A stretch of DNA of 64,000 bases, taken from NCBI GenBank assembly GCA_963803705.1, contig CAWDNU010000002.1, positions 1-64,000 of the forward strand, read 5' to 3'. The position numbers were made by a program, and so were the translations under genes. Numbering within the stretch: position 1 is the first letter of the stretch; each line of letters begins with the position of its first letter. This document shows positions 1 through 9,863 of the stretch, piece by piece. The DNA is from an uncultured Pseudobdellovibrionaceae bacterium. GTDB lineage: Bacteria > Bdellovibrionota > Bdellovibrionia > Bdellovibrionales > UBA1609. The notes beneath the pieces were generated by a model. That model had not been told where the DNA came from. It saw nothing but the letters and a program-made list of their open reading frames with translations, and made no database searches.

Positions 1-125
1 ATATCTCTTAAAGAGAAATTGCTATTACCTTCGGTCAACAAATAAATCCCCGCTCTTATACTTCGATCTTTTAAGCTTCCTTCTTGGAGGTATGGTGTTT
101 TCGCTTTGCTTTTCTTTAGTTTCAT
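1..125 (-). CDS. TetR/AcrR-family regulator, N-terminal part (runs off the window start)
   Basis: Manual translation from ATG 125: MKLKKSKAKTPYLQEGSLKDRSIRAGIYLLTEGNSNFSLRD, which fits the start of a TetR HTH; divergent from an RND efflux operon. Confidence 0.75.
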   Translation of the reverse strand, partial: MKLKKSKAKTPYLQEGSLKDRSIRAGIYLLTEGNSNFSLRD

Positions 126-154
126 AAAGTTACCATACAGCCTTTAATTGTAAG

Positions 155-202
155 TTGACAATTAAATGTACAGCGTATACACTGTATACTATATAGTATA
201 CA
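155..202 (+). promoter_or_regulatory. sigma70 promoter overlapped by palindromic operators (probable TetR sites)
   Basis: TTGACA 155-160, 17-bp spacer, TACACT 178-183; near-perfect palindrome TACAGCGTATACACTGTA 169-186; perfect 20-bp palindrome TGTATACTATATAGTATACA 183-202. Confidence 0.7.
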
Positions 203-346
203 CTTAATAAAAGGAAGTCCAATGAATCATAAAGTAATCCATATTTTGCTTTTATTAAAGTCTTCAGAGAATTAAAAATTATCAACAAAACTAAGGTGCT
301 GAACTTTTAGGGTTGGCATCATTTTTCTTCAATAAGGTTTTAAAAA

Positions 347-847
347 ATGAATACATTAAAAACTCTAGTGACCTGCTTAATTATATTCAGCTTCAATCAA
401 TCAATAGCAAAAGTTACATTGATAGGTGCTGTTAATATGAGTAACGAAAGCAGTGATGTTGAGTCTGCTTTTATTTTGGATACTGATCTTCGGTTAGGAT
501 ATTCATGGAGCTTAATTCAAAAATATTTTTTAGGTGTCCAAGGGGTGATTGAAAGACATATTTATTCAAGCGCAAATAGAGATTTAGAGCGTTCAGCCCA
601 TGGAATTGGGGTGTCTCTAAAAAAAAGTAATTTGTATGGCTTAGCTGCATACCTTTTTAATATAGAGGAGGAAGAAGGTTTAGAAGGTGACGGCTTTAAA
701 TTTGATATTGGCTATGGCTGGAGATTAAATAAACGAACTATAATAGGCCCTCGCCTGTCTTTTAAGACGTTTGATTTAGAATCTGGTCAAACAAAAAATA
801 GCGGCTCACGCTTTCTACCAATGTTTTCAGCTTATACGGAGTTTTAA
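347..847 (+). CDS. Small outer-membrane beta-barrel-like protein
   Basis: Signal peptide, alternating beta-strand pattern, C-terminal Phe (AYTEF); first gene of the efflux operon. Confidence 0.55.
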   Translation: MNTLKTLVTCLIIFSFNQSIAKVTLIGAVNMSNESSDVESAFILDTDLRLGYSWSLIQKYFLGVQGVIERHIYSSANRDLERSAHGIGVSLKKSNLYGLAAYLFNIEEEEGLEGDGFKFDIGYGWRLNKRTIIGPRLSFKTFDLESGQTKNSGSRFLPMFSAYTEF

Positions 848-848
848 G

Positions 849-1448
849 GTGTTGATTAATAAATTCAGAGTATTTTTTGTATTGATTTTTTCTATGTTTG
901 CAACAATAAGCTTTGCGGTTGAAAAAGCTACTCAGCTTATTGGTGCGACCGACGTGGATTACTATAGGAGCGATAAACCTGTCAGATTCGTGACTCAGAT
1001 TTTTGGCACCGTAAGACTTTATGAATTAAAACTCAATGTTCCTAGTAAAGACTGGTATTCTACCAATGGTTCCGAAGTTGAGTTAATGTTACCACGGCTA
1101 ACTAAAAAATTTGTTTATGGCAGAGTAAAATCTTGTGTGAATTTAAAATGCACTATTAATTTTAATTATCCAGAAAACGGTCTTAGGGGGCAAAACGCTA
1201 AAGTTCTGTGGCCATATTTTCCAAAAAACATAATAAAAATAAATCCAAAATTCATTGTAAGTTCTGACGGCTTAGAGCGTGTTGTCTACTTATTGAGAGA
1301 TGGGACTGTGGTTAAGAGAGAAGTAGAACTCGCTGAGGTCGAACATCCTTACGGGTTAGTGGTTAAAGGGATGAGTAAGGAAGATATGATTATAACCTTC
1401 CCCTTGGACAGAATTTTTGATGGACAGCAAGTTGAGGTGATGAAATGA
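849..1448 (+). CDS. Short RND periplasmic adaptor-like protein
   Basis: C-terminus VYLLRDGTVVKREVEL..VVKGMSKEDMII..DGQQVEV matches the MFP membrane-proximal domain; overlaps the RND permease start. Confidence 0.6.
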   Translation: MLINKFRVFFVLIFSMFATISFAVEKATQLIGATDVDYYRSDKPVRFVTQIFGTVRLYELKLNVPSKDWYSTNGSEVELMLPRLTKKFVYGRVKSCVNLKCTINFNYPENGLRGQNAKVLWPYFPKNIIKINPKFIVSSDGLERVVYLLRDGTVVKREVELAEVEHPYGLVVKGMSKEDMIITFPLDRIFDGQQVEVMK

Positions 1449-4400
1449 ATAAGATTTTCGAGAACTCTAGAATCTCACTATCTATTTTTATAATTCTCAC
1501 TTTTTTAGGGCTGCTATCACTTTTTACTATGCCTAAAGAAGAAGATCCTACACTTAAAGATCGGAATGGAAGTATCACTGTAGTATACCCTGGTGCTACA
1601 GCTGAAGCAGTAGCACGTCTAATTGTAGAACCATTAGAAAAAGAATTGTCTATAGTTTCAGAGATTAAAGAGATTGATTCAACGGCTAGATCAGAGTTCG
1701 CTTACATCAGGCTTACTATCAAAAATAGCGTTTCGACTGAAACTGATATAGATCAAGCTTGGGATGAAGTTAAAACCTCGATTGATAAAGCAAAGAGAAA
1801 TTTTCCAGAATTAGTCAAAGAACCAGTGTTTGACAGAGATTTATTCGACCAGGATGCAATCGTAATTTCTATCACTGGCGGAGATGAACTGGGAAGACTA
1901 GACTACACTCAAAGGTTAGAGAAAAAAATAAGCACTACTCCTTTAGTAGCTGAAGTGAGAAGAATCGCTTATCCAGGTGAAAACATTCGAATTGAGCCAA
2001 TTGAGAGTGCTCTTAAAACTATTGGAATAGACTACTTTTACTTATTTAATAGACTAAGAGATTCAAATCTAGAAACTTCTTCAGGTGCCATTAAAAAATT
2101 TGATAAAAAGCTAACCGTTCGTACGAATACCAGTTTTAAATCACTAAATGAGATCAAAAGATTCAAAATCACTTTACCGAGTGGTGAAAAAATCCGTCTT
2201 AGTGAAATTGCGAAAGTTAAAAAAACACCGCAAACACCAATAAAAGAAATATTTAGATGGAACGGTGAAGAAGGTATAACACTTGGAGTTGTTCCCCAAA
2301 AAAAAATTAGTCTAATTACTTTTGGGGAGGAGGTAAAGAAAACCCTAGATAATTTTAAGACTAAGAATTCTGAATTTAAAGTGAACATTATAAGTTTTCA
2401 ACCTGGAAATGTAAAAGCACGTCTTTTTGATTTGGGAAATTCATTAATAGTCGGTGTTCTTATTATAGCTATAGCTTTGTTTTTATTAATGGGCTTTAGA
2501 ATAAGTCTCATAACTGTCATTTTAGTGCCCTCTATAAGTTTAATAGCATTATTTGTCTTCTCTTTTATAGATGGAATATTACAGCAAATCTCAATAGCAG
2601 CATTTATAGTGGCTTTAGGATTACTGGTTGATAATGTAATTGTCGTTATCGAAGAGATTCAGAATAATATGCAAAAAGGTTTAGAGTCGCTGGAAGCTGC
2701 TAAAGTTTCAGTTAAGAGTCTTTTGCTTCCTTTAGGGGCCGCGACTGGAACAACAATCGGTGCTTTTGTACCCATGCTTGGCGCAAGGGGAAGTGCTGCT
2801 GACTTTACTAGATCGATTCCCTTTGTTGTTTGCATATGTTTACTTGTAAGTTTTGTTGTTGCTATTTTTATAACACCAATAAGCTGCATTGCTTTACTTA
2901 AAAAAGACAGTGGCGGCAGTTGGGAAAAGGCGATTAGAGTGTTTGAAAAAATTGGACATATACCTTTTAAACATCCATTTAAGATATGCTTTATAACGGG
3001 AACGCTTTTTATCATATCTATTTTAGTTTTCACTCAGGTAAATAAAAAGTTTTTTCCTAATGCGGACAGAAACCAGTTAGTCTTAGACATAAGATTACCT
3101 GAGGGCACTCATTTTGATACTACTAAAGACATTTCTATTAAAATTGAAGAGTCTTTAAAAGAAAATTATGAAAACATATCTGTTGCCAACTATGTAGGTA
3201 GGGGAACACCATTTTTCTTTTACAATTTAAATAGGGTTCCTAACAGTCCTCACATCTCGCAGATGATTCTTATATTTAAAAGTGCGCTTATAGCTAGAAA
3301 TTTAAAATTTGACATACAAAATCTTATGGATAAAACCTTCCCTGAAGCTATGATCATAGTCCGAAGCCTTGCGCAAGGACCACCTACTGAGGCGCCTGTT
3401 CAGCTAAGAATTTTAGGTGATAGTTTAACTGAAATAAAAGAAGCCACCAGAAAGTTGACCAAAATATTAACCCTAGATTCTGATACAAAAAAAATTAGAT
3501 CCACACTAGGTGTAGGTGTTCCAGTTTTGAATTTAGAAGTTAATGATTCGCTAGCTGGTGACTTTGGCATAAGCAGAAGTGTTATTGCATCGAGTTTGTA
3601 CTCAAGGACTAGAGGTCTAGAGGTAGGCAAATTTAAATACGGACTTGAGCTTTTCCCAATTATTCTAGGAAGTAGAAAGCAAGAAGACCTTTCACTACAA
3701 AACCTAGGTTCTATTCCGGTTATAGAAACGAAAACGATAACCCCATTAATCAATCAGTTTACAAGTCAGAGCCTCTCATGGGAGCCTTCTGTCATCAAAA
3801 CCTACAACAGAAGATTATCAGTCGATGTGTTTTCAGAGCTAGGTGAAAGTGGAGATCCCCAATCTGTTGTTGCAAGAATTTTGTCAAAAATAAAAAAAGA
3901 AACTGAACTTTCAAATGTAGACATTGTTGTTGATGGAGAAGTAGCTGAGTCAGCCGAAGCAAATTTAGCGATTTTGACGGTTATACCCTTAGGTTTACTG
4001 CTTTTAATTGTATCTCTCTTGCTACAGTTTAACTCTTATAAAAAAGTATTTGTGGTAATGGGAGCACTTGTACCTATACCTCTAGGTGTTTTTCCAGGCC
4101 TATGGTCGCTGGATCTCTCTTTTGGTTTTTTCACTCTACTTGCTATACTGTCGTTAACTGGAATTGTCTTAAACAATGGAATATTAATTGTAGACCGAAT
4201 TGATTCTGCTCTAAGGGAGGGTTTAGACCTCGATAAAGCGATTGTAGAATCTGTTAAGCAGCGTTTAAGACCAATTATTTTGACAACAGTCACAACCGTA
4301 TTAGGACTTCTCCCATTAGCGTTTTCGGATGCCACTTTATGGCCTCCTTTTGCTTGGTCTTTAATTTTTGGTTTGATTGCTTCAATGTGCATCACACCTT

Positions 4401-4480
4401 TATTGGTCCCCGCGCTGTATAAGATAATCATCGGAGAAAAAAATACTCAATCTACTGAGGTGTTAATTGGAAACTCTTAA
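1445..4480 (+). CDS. RND efflux permease (AcrB/AcrD/AcrF family)
   Basis: 1011 aa, two TM bundles, YPGA.AE.V, GLLVDNVIVVIE and RLRPIILT motifs. Confidence 0.95.
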   Translation: MNKIFENSRISLSIFIILTFLGLLSLFTMPKEEDPTLKDRNGSITVVYPGATAEAVARLIVEPLEKELSIVSEIKEIDSTARSEFAYIRLTIKNSVSTETDIDQAWDEVKTSIDKAKRNFPELVKEPVFDRDLFDQDAIVISITGGDELGRLDYTQRLEKKISTTPLVAEVRRIAYPGENIRIEPIESALKTIGIDYFYLFNRLRDSNLETSSGAIKKFDKKLTVRTNTSFKSLNEIKRFKITLPSGEKIRLSEIAKVKKTPQTPIKEIFRWNGEEGITLGVVPQKKISLITFGEEVKKTLDNFKTKNSEFKVNIISFQPGNVKARLFDLGNSLIVGVLIIAIALFLLMGFRISLITVILVPSISLIALFVFSFIDGILQQISIAAFIVALGLLVDNVIVVIEEIQNNMQKGLESLEAAKVSVKSLLLPLGAATGTTIGAFVPMLGARGSAADFTRSIPFVVCICLLVSFVVAIFITPISCIALLKKDSGGSWEKAIRVFEKIGHIPFKHPFKICFITGTLFIISILVFTQVNKKFFPNADRNQLVLDIRLPEGTHFDTTKDISIKIEESLKENYENISVANYVGRGTPFFFYNLNRVPNSPHISQMILIFKSALIARNLKFDIQNLMDKTFPEAMIIVRSLAQGPPTEAPVQLRILGDSLTEIKEATRKLTKILTLDSDTKKIRSTLGVGVPVLNLEVNDSLAGDFGISRSVIASSLYSRTRGLEVGKFKYGLELFPIILGSRKQEDLSLQNLGSIPVIETKTITPLINQFTSQSLSWEPSVIKTYNRRLSVDVFSELGESGDPQSVVARILSKIKKETELSNVDIVVDGEVAESAEANLAILTVIPLGLLLLIVSLLLQFNSYKKVFVVMGALVPIPLGVFPGLWSLDLSFGFFTLLAILSLTGIVLNNGILIVDRIDSALREGLDLDKAIVESVKQRLRPIILTTVTTVLGLLPLAFSDATLWPPFAWSLIFGLIASMCITPLLVPALYKIIIGEKNTQSTEVLIGNS

Positions 4481-5747
4481 ACTAAGTTCATTTCTTTTAA
4501 TTCTATTTACTAGTAAGTATGCATTTTCGGAGGCCGTGGATGTGAATAAAATCCCTCAGCTCATAGAAAGTCATCCTGCTTACAAATCATATCTGATTGA
4601 TCAAGATTTATCTTTAATAGATATAAGCATTGCAAAAGCATCAGGTAGACTGCCCTCGGTTAGTGCAAACGCACGAATCACAAGATTTGATCAGAATAGG
4701 GAATTTGTAACGCCAGTAGGAAACTTCGGAGGTGTTGGATTAGAGCAAAGAAGCTTTGGCGTAAGTGTTTATCAACCCTTATTTACACCAGGGAAATTCA
4801 GAGGTGAAGTAGAGGCTCTCAAGCTTAGTAAAGTCGAGAAAGAGCTTAAAACTGAAATTTTTAAAGAATTACTTATTTTTCAAGCATCGAGTGCTGCAAT
4901 TAACCAGTCTGTTTTAAAGGAACTTATTGAGTCAAAAAAAAGCTATATTTCAAAACTAAAAAGACAAAAAAAAGAAATTCTTAGGCTACTGAGTCTTGGG
5001 AAAGTTAGTAATATAGATGAGCTCAAGATTAATATTGCATTAAATCAGCAAAAAACTGAGTTGTTCACGTTAAATCAAAATTATGAGGTTTCTAAGGCTT
5101 CTTTAGGTTATTCGCTTGGTAGAAAAGCTGAACAGACAGTTGATAAAATTGATCAAACTGAGTGGAGTGCAGAGTTAGTTACTGGTATGAGTCATGAGGT
5201 CGGTAACGTCCAAACCAATAACTTAAGCCTCAGAGCTTTAGATATTAAACAAAGAGTTTTGGAAAAGAAAAGTTATCAAATTAAGATGAGTTACTTACCA
5301 TCTTTAGGTTTTTTCGCCAATTATATGTGGGATGATCCAACTCCATTTAACTCGAACGATCTAGTTACTTTTGGCCTACAATTAAAGTGGAATTTATTTG
5401 ATGCTAATAGTAGAAAATTTGGAAAAATAAAAATAGCATCTAATCTAAACAAAGTTGAACATTTAAAAGTGAACTATAAAAATAAACTTTATTTACTCAG
5501 GAAAAGACTGGATGCTGAAATCCAGTCTTTGCAAAATGAAAAAAAACAGATATTTGATGATTATAAAAAAACTGAGTCTGTAGCACTCAAAGAGGCTTGG
5601 AAATACAAAAATGGTAAGAGCACTCTCAATGAACTTCTTGAAGCTGAGCTAATATTAAATGGCTTAGATAGCCAAAAGAGAACTATAGGGTTGAGAATTT
5701 TAGCAAAGCTATGCGAGCTGAGATATAGGTTTTTTAGCGTAGATTAA
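4467..5747 (+). CDS. TolC-family outer membrane efflux protein
   Basis: 426 aa, signal peptide, LPS repeats, GLQLKWNLFD, G.ST..ELL.AE; directly follows the RND gene. Confidence 0.85.
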   Translation: METLKLSSFLLILFTSKYAFSEAVDVNKIPQLIESHPAYKSYLIDQDLSLIDISIAKASGRLPSVSANARITRFDQNREFVTPVGNFGGVGLEQRSFGVSVYQPLFTPGKFRGEVEALKLSKVEKELKTEIFKELLIFQASSAAINQSVLKELIESKKSYISKLKRQKKEILRLLSLGKVSNIDELKINIALNQQKTELFTLNQNYEVSKASLGYSLGRKAEQTVDKIDQTEWSAELVTGMSHEVGNVQTNNLSLRALDIKQRVLEKKSYQIKMSYLPSLGFFANYMWDDPTPFNSNDLVTFGLQLKWNLFDANSRKFGKIKIASNLNKVEHLKVNYKNKLYLLRKRLDAEIQSLQNEKKQIFDDYKKTESVALKEAWKYKNGKSTLNELLEAELILNGLDSQKRTIGLRILAKLCELRYRFFSVD

Positions 5748-6002
5748 AGTACTATAGATACACCGAACGAATCTTATTTTAACTTAATTGGGGCTTAGTC
5801 GTTGTTGAACACGTTCTGAAGTGTTACTTTTAGTACAAATATAATTCGCATTATTAGTAGGCTTTATGTTGGTTGATAAATTATGCTATAAAACAAAAAT
5901 GGTCATGTAATACTTACCCATAGAAAATATAGTGATTGCTACTTTAATGCTCCCTAAAAAAATTAATTTAATGAAATTAATAACTTATGAATACAAGAGC
6001 GA

Positions 6003-6015
6003 CCACCTCCAATTT
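6003..6015 (+). repeat. att-like core, left copy (CCACCTCCAATTT)
   Basis: Exact 13-bp match to 25376-25388, which lies next to an integrase remnant. Confidence 0.7.
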
Positions 6016-6264
6016 CCCCAGGACAAAAAACACAAAATACGATGAATAGCTAAAATCAATAGTGAATGATTTCAATGACTTACAAAATCACGACTGCTTA
6101 AACAACACGCTAAAACACTCAAAAACACCTGGCTTGCAGACCTTTTGCAGTCCGCGTGTGTCCCGAGAAAAGTTTTAAACACCTGAATTTTCAACGAAAA
6201 ATCCATTAAGTCGGTTTTGATTTTTACTTAAAAATCAAAATTTGTTGTCCCTTAAGGAGGAAAC

Positions 6265-6432
6265 ATGGAAATCATTGAAATGCTAAAGAACTTAATCTTG
6301 ATCTCATTTTACCTATTGTTTGTCGGGTCCTGTGGCGAGCAAGTCTACAGCAACTTAAAGCGCGAGGCTGTCAGTGCTCACAAGAGGGGTGTGGTGGACA
6401 TGTCGGAGTGGAGTCGGGAGTTGTGGAAGTAA
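6265..6432 (+). CDS. Small 55-aa membrane or lipoprotein-like protein (not in ORF track)
   Basis: AAGGAGG SD 4 nt before ATG; MEIIEMLKNLILISFYLLFVGSCGEQVYSNLKREAVSAHKRGVVDMSEWSRELWK. Confidence 0.65.
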   Translation: MEIIEMLKNLILISFYLLFVGSCGEQVYSNLKREAVSAHKRGVVDMSEWSRELWK

Positions 6433-6437
6433 TTATT

Positions 6438-7064
6438 TTATTTTGAAAAGATTGAATTGATAAATTCATTAACTAGGTCGAGAAGATCTAGAATTTGTAG
6501 TATAGTTAGTAAGCTTGCTATTAGGGTAGCTAAATACAAAACGAGTTTAGCTAGTCTCCCCAAAACACTTTCTTCAAAACTCTTTGTGTTGATTCCAGCC
6601 TTTTGGAAAAAGCGAAATGGTAGGCTTACGATAAAATCCAAAAGTCTACCAAACCAAAAAAAAGGGTTAATAGTTCTCAGGATTGAGCTAATTTTGTCAT
6701 GTTCATAGCGTCCAATCGATCTATCAATAAAATCTAAAAGGTTGCTAGGCTCTATTTCAAATCTATGAATATTGAAAATATTAGTTACAAGATTAATATC
6801 TTGTATGTAGCCACCAATCATTGGCGGAGGAGTATATGTTACATAGGGAGAAATCCCCGATGTGTTTATAATTTCATCTATTTCATTAATATTACGGTTA
6901 AGATTTACCCTCATTTTTCGTGAATCGTCGTTCTCAGTGATTTCACTACCAAATCCATGATATTCAATGTTATTAAAGTAAGTGATCAAATCATTTCTAA
7001 AAGTTGAAAGCTTTTTAAGGCAGTAAGTGTTTCCAAAAATAGTTCTTTTCTTATACCAAATCAT
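6438..7064 (-). CDS. Hypothetical protein with C-terminal hydrophobic helices
   Basis: 208-aa ORF; C-terminal TM-like segment LVLYLATLIASLLTILQIL. Confidence 0.65.
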   Translation of the reverse strand: MIWYKKRTIFGNTYCLKKLSTFRNDLITYFNNIEYHGFGSEITENDDSRKMRVNLNRNINEIDEIINTSGISPYVTYTPPPMIGGYIQDINLVTNIFNIHRFEIEPSNLLDFIDRSIGRYEHDKISSILRTINPFFWFGRLLDFIVSLPFRFFQKAGINTKSFEESVLGRLAKLVLYLATLIASLLTILQILDLLDLVNEFINSIFSK

Positions 7065-7317
7065 TTGAATCCTAAATGAGAGTCTTCGTTTTACGCAAAG
7101 CCTGGGTTAATTATTATAATTTACTAAAATCTGATACAATACACTCGGTAACAACAGGAAAAAACTAGAAAACTATATGTAAATTAGTTTTGATGATTTC
7201 TTCAAAATAGCTTGTCGGTTTTTATTTTAGCCTTCTTTGTAAAATCATCATTTCCTTTCATTAATAATTTTTAGTTTAAAATATTTATGAGATTATTTGG
7301 TTGCATTGTTTTACATT

Positions 7318-8778
7318 CTATTCGGCAAGTCGTACATATAGCGATCTGACAATTTTAACCATCACCAAAGTATCTTGTTCGCAGTATTTCAAAAGATCAG
7401 ATTCAATTTTTTGAGATTCTTCAGAGGTAAGACTGCCTGAGATCATCTTTGCATACTGTGCTTGCGCTACTTGGCCGTTAGCGACTTCTAGAGTGTCATA
7501 GGACTCCTCTTCTCCAATTAGAGCTGGTGCAACCGACTTCAAGCTAAATGAACCGTTGAAGTCGGGATGGTAAACATTCTTTTTGATGATTGGATGGGGG
7601 TCTGACAGCTTATCAGATATAGCAAGTAGAGCACTTTTCAGGTCTGGAAATGCTTTGGCTAAATCTTTGATGACTCTGCTTTCAAAACCTGAATTAAAGG
7701 CCATAACAGTTTGTGCAGAGGCGGGTATTGAATCTACAATTGCTTCAGCCAATTTCCTTCTAGGGTCCGAATCTTCTTTATGTAAAAATTCAAAGTGCTT
7801 AGGTAGTTTATCATCAAAAGATTTTTGTAAGTGAACGCTAAATTGAAATGGAATCTGTTGATAAGGACGAGTGCCTTCGTACTTTGGGATAGCAAAAGCT
7901 ACAGTTTCAAAATCCAAGTGGTAGATTGGAAAGGCGATTTTTTCCAGATCGGATTTTAAACCGATTTTATCAACAAAAATCTCATTATTAATTATGGCAT
8001 TGTAGGCTCTAAGCTGCATAGCTGAGAGTATGTTAGTGTTAATTGAATCAAGATCTAAGTATCCCTTGTCGAACAATTTCCAGGAGTTGTTAAGGTTAAA
8101 CACAGTTTTTTCAGGAATGGATTTCCAGCAAACCTCTTTATAATCACACTCATAAGGTTTATCGCAGTGTCTTCCAATAGGCGTTTCAGGGTCTCTCTCC
8201 TCTGAAATTTGGTGGAGTAGTTTAACATCGTTTGTGATTTCTTCCTGAAGGGCTAACACTTGATCAGTCACATCTTCTACACAAAATAAATCATCTAGAT
8301 TAGGGTGGGTGACTTTATTGTTAATGAAGACAACGTGCACTTTGTCCCATGAAATTCCAAGCTCGTTCAGTATGAAGCACTGAACGGCAACGTCTTTAAT
8401 ATAGACATCTTTCGCACTGGTTCCTGACTTAACTTCATAAACTCCCCACGGTTGATCAGATGAAGATCTATGTAAAATATCAATGGCACAGTATAGATTT
8501 TCATTCCCAAAGGCTGCCTCATAAATTGTATTTTTACCGTTCTTTATTGCTTCGTTAGTATCAAGCATGGCTTTATCAAGATCATAGTAGTCGCAATCTA
8601 TTAAATGACCTTCAGGAAATATGTTTCTATCAAAAACTCCAACTTCATTACCAGTGTCAAAAATAGCTTGTTGTGCAAGGCCCGCTGGCGGCTTTAATTC
8701 TTTTCTGTAAAGTGAGAAATACAGTTTTCTATGACATTGGAAGCCTTCCATAATTTTGGATTTTGAAAGAGCTCTCAT
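7318..8778 (-). CDS. DUF2779-type protein: Cas4/RecB-like PD-(D/E)xK domain plus RNase H-like (DEDD) domain
   Basis: LSKS..QC, IDIL..YEVKS, C-x5-C-x5-C cluster, LDFET, PYQQIPFQFS, SFSLKSV, YCEQDT; ATG at 8778 overlaps the mcrC stop (TGATG). Confidence 0.8.
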   Translation of the reverse strand: MRALSKSKIMEGFQCHRKLYFSLYRKELKPPAGLAQQAIFDTGNEVGVFDRNIFPEGHLIDCDYYDLDKAMLDTNEAIKNGKNTIYEAAFGNENLYCAIDILHRSSSDQPWGVYEVKSGTSAKDVYIKDVAVQCFILNELGISWDKVHVVFINNKVTHPNLDDLFCVEDVTDQVLALQEEITNDVKLLHQISEERDPETPIGRHCDKPYECDYKEVCWKSIPEKTVFNLNNSWKLFDKGYLDLDSINTNILSAMQLRAYNAIINNEIFVDKIGLKSDLEKIAFPIYHLDFETVAFAIPKYEGTRPYQQIPFQFSVHLQKSFDDKLPKHFEFLHKEDSDPRRKLAEAIVDSIPASAQTVMAFNSGFESRVIKDLAKAFPDLKSALLAISDKLSDPHPIIKKNVYHPDFNGSFSLKSVAPALIGEEESYDTLEVANGQVAQAQYAKMISGSLTSEESQKIESDLLKYCEQDTLVMVKIVRSLYVRLAE

Positions 8779-9863
8779 CAAGCTGAATCCTCTAAATCCC
8801 TATATTTGTGATCAAAAGCTTTAGTCACTATATTTAAAATAGATGTGGTAACAACTTCCCAGTCGCTACTCAGGTCTATTGTAGCAACTGTTATTGGGTA
8901 GCCAATAACCCACCCTTGTTCAAAAACCACTTCTGAGGAGTGGCAATACAATAAAAGGCCTTTTAGAGACTCTTGTAAAGGTTCGTGCAGAAGATAGGAT
9001 TGCAATTGATAGATGTGATCAGAACGGAATTTATTGTTCCCTCCATTTCTACTTCTTAAGACTTCATTATAACATTTAGCATCTATGATCAATTTACATT
9101 TCTCGTTTGAAATAGATATGTCTGTTGTCATAGTAGGTAGAAGATCTGTAAACAATTCAGTTTTTGTGTCTGACTTAAACCTTAAAGTATTTGAAGAAAT
9201 GTTGTGTGATAATCGTGAACTTAAGAAGTTCTTTATGAACTTTTCAAAAAGTGTTCCGCTTTCTTGAGCGCTTAATTGATCAGTTAGCGCGTCAATTATG
9301 CTATTTCTTTTATGACTTTGTTTGCTTTTGTCAGATAGTGTTGATGAGCAGAAAAACAGACAAATAGACAGTGCAAGACGGTATTCTTTTCTTTTGTGCT
9401 TTGTGAGGCACATATTAATATCATTGGGGTTAATTTTTAAAACCGTATCTACTGAATTAAAATTGAGAAGTAATTTTCTGATGACTTTTTTTTGATCTTT
9501 TTCAAGAGATGAACTTTTTAAAAGTTTTACTAGTGTATATTTAAGTATCCTGTTCGTAATATTATTTTCGCCGTATTCGTCATGATTTATATTAACGTAG
9601 GAGGTTTTTTTATATAATTCTGACAAAGACTCTTTTATGTTCAGTTTTCCTTTAATTGCTCTTGAGTACACATCTTCATTTTTATACTCTTTATGAATTC
9701 CAGATTTAAAAATTTTAGGTAGAATTATTTTTAAAATCTCAAAGCAAAAATTCTCCAAATTTTCTTCGCTCTTGGAGGCAAACTCAATTTTGTAGTTCTG
9801 AAAGATTTTATCATTCCATGCGTAACACAGAATGCGATATATATTCTGAACGGGTAGCTGCAT
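8778..9863 (-). CDS. mcrC: McrC-family restriction endonuclease subunit
   Basis: IPVQN-like start with L.YAW, MTTDI..IIDAKCY..YQLQSY PD-(D/E)xK motifs; TAATG coupling to mcrB. Confidence 0.9.
   Translation of the reverse strand: MQLPVQNIYRILCYAWNDKIFQNYKIEFASKSEENLENFCFEILKIILPKIFKSGIHKEYKNEDVYSRAIKGKLNIKESLSELYKKTSYVNINHDEYGENNITNRILKYTLVKLLKSSSLEKDQKKVIRKLLLNFNSVDTVLKINPNDINMCLTKHKRKEYRLALSICLFFCSSTLSDKSKQSHKRNSIIDALTDQLSAQESGTLFEKFIKNFLSSRLSHNISSNTLRFKSDTKTELFTDLLPTMTTDISISNEKCKLIIDAKCYNEVLRSRNGGNNKFRSDHIYQLQSYLLHEPLQESLKGLLLYCHSSEVVFEQGWVIGYPITVATIDLSSDWEVVTTSILNIVTKAFDHKYRDLEDSA

Noticed and set aside
2038..4431. Antisense ORFs inside the RND gene, and similar short ORFs inside other long genes across the window
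   Set aside because: Fully overlap confident genes and lack motifs; expected codon-bias shadows
5960..6020. Intact tRNA or tmRNA gene at the att core
   Set aside because: Only the last ~9 nt resemble a 3' end; no T-arm (GGTTCGA) upstream of either copy
7318..8778. cas4 gene of a CRISPR system
   Set aside because: The Cas4-like domain is fused to DUF2779; no cas1, cas2 or array in the window
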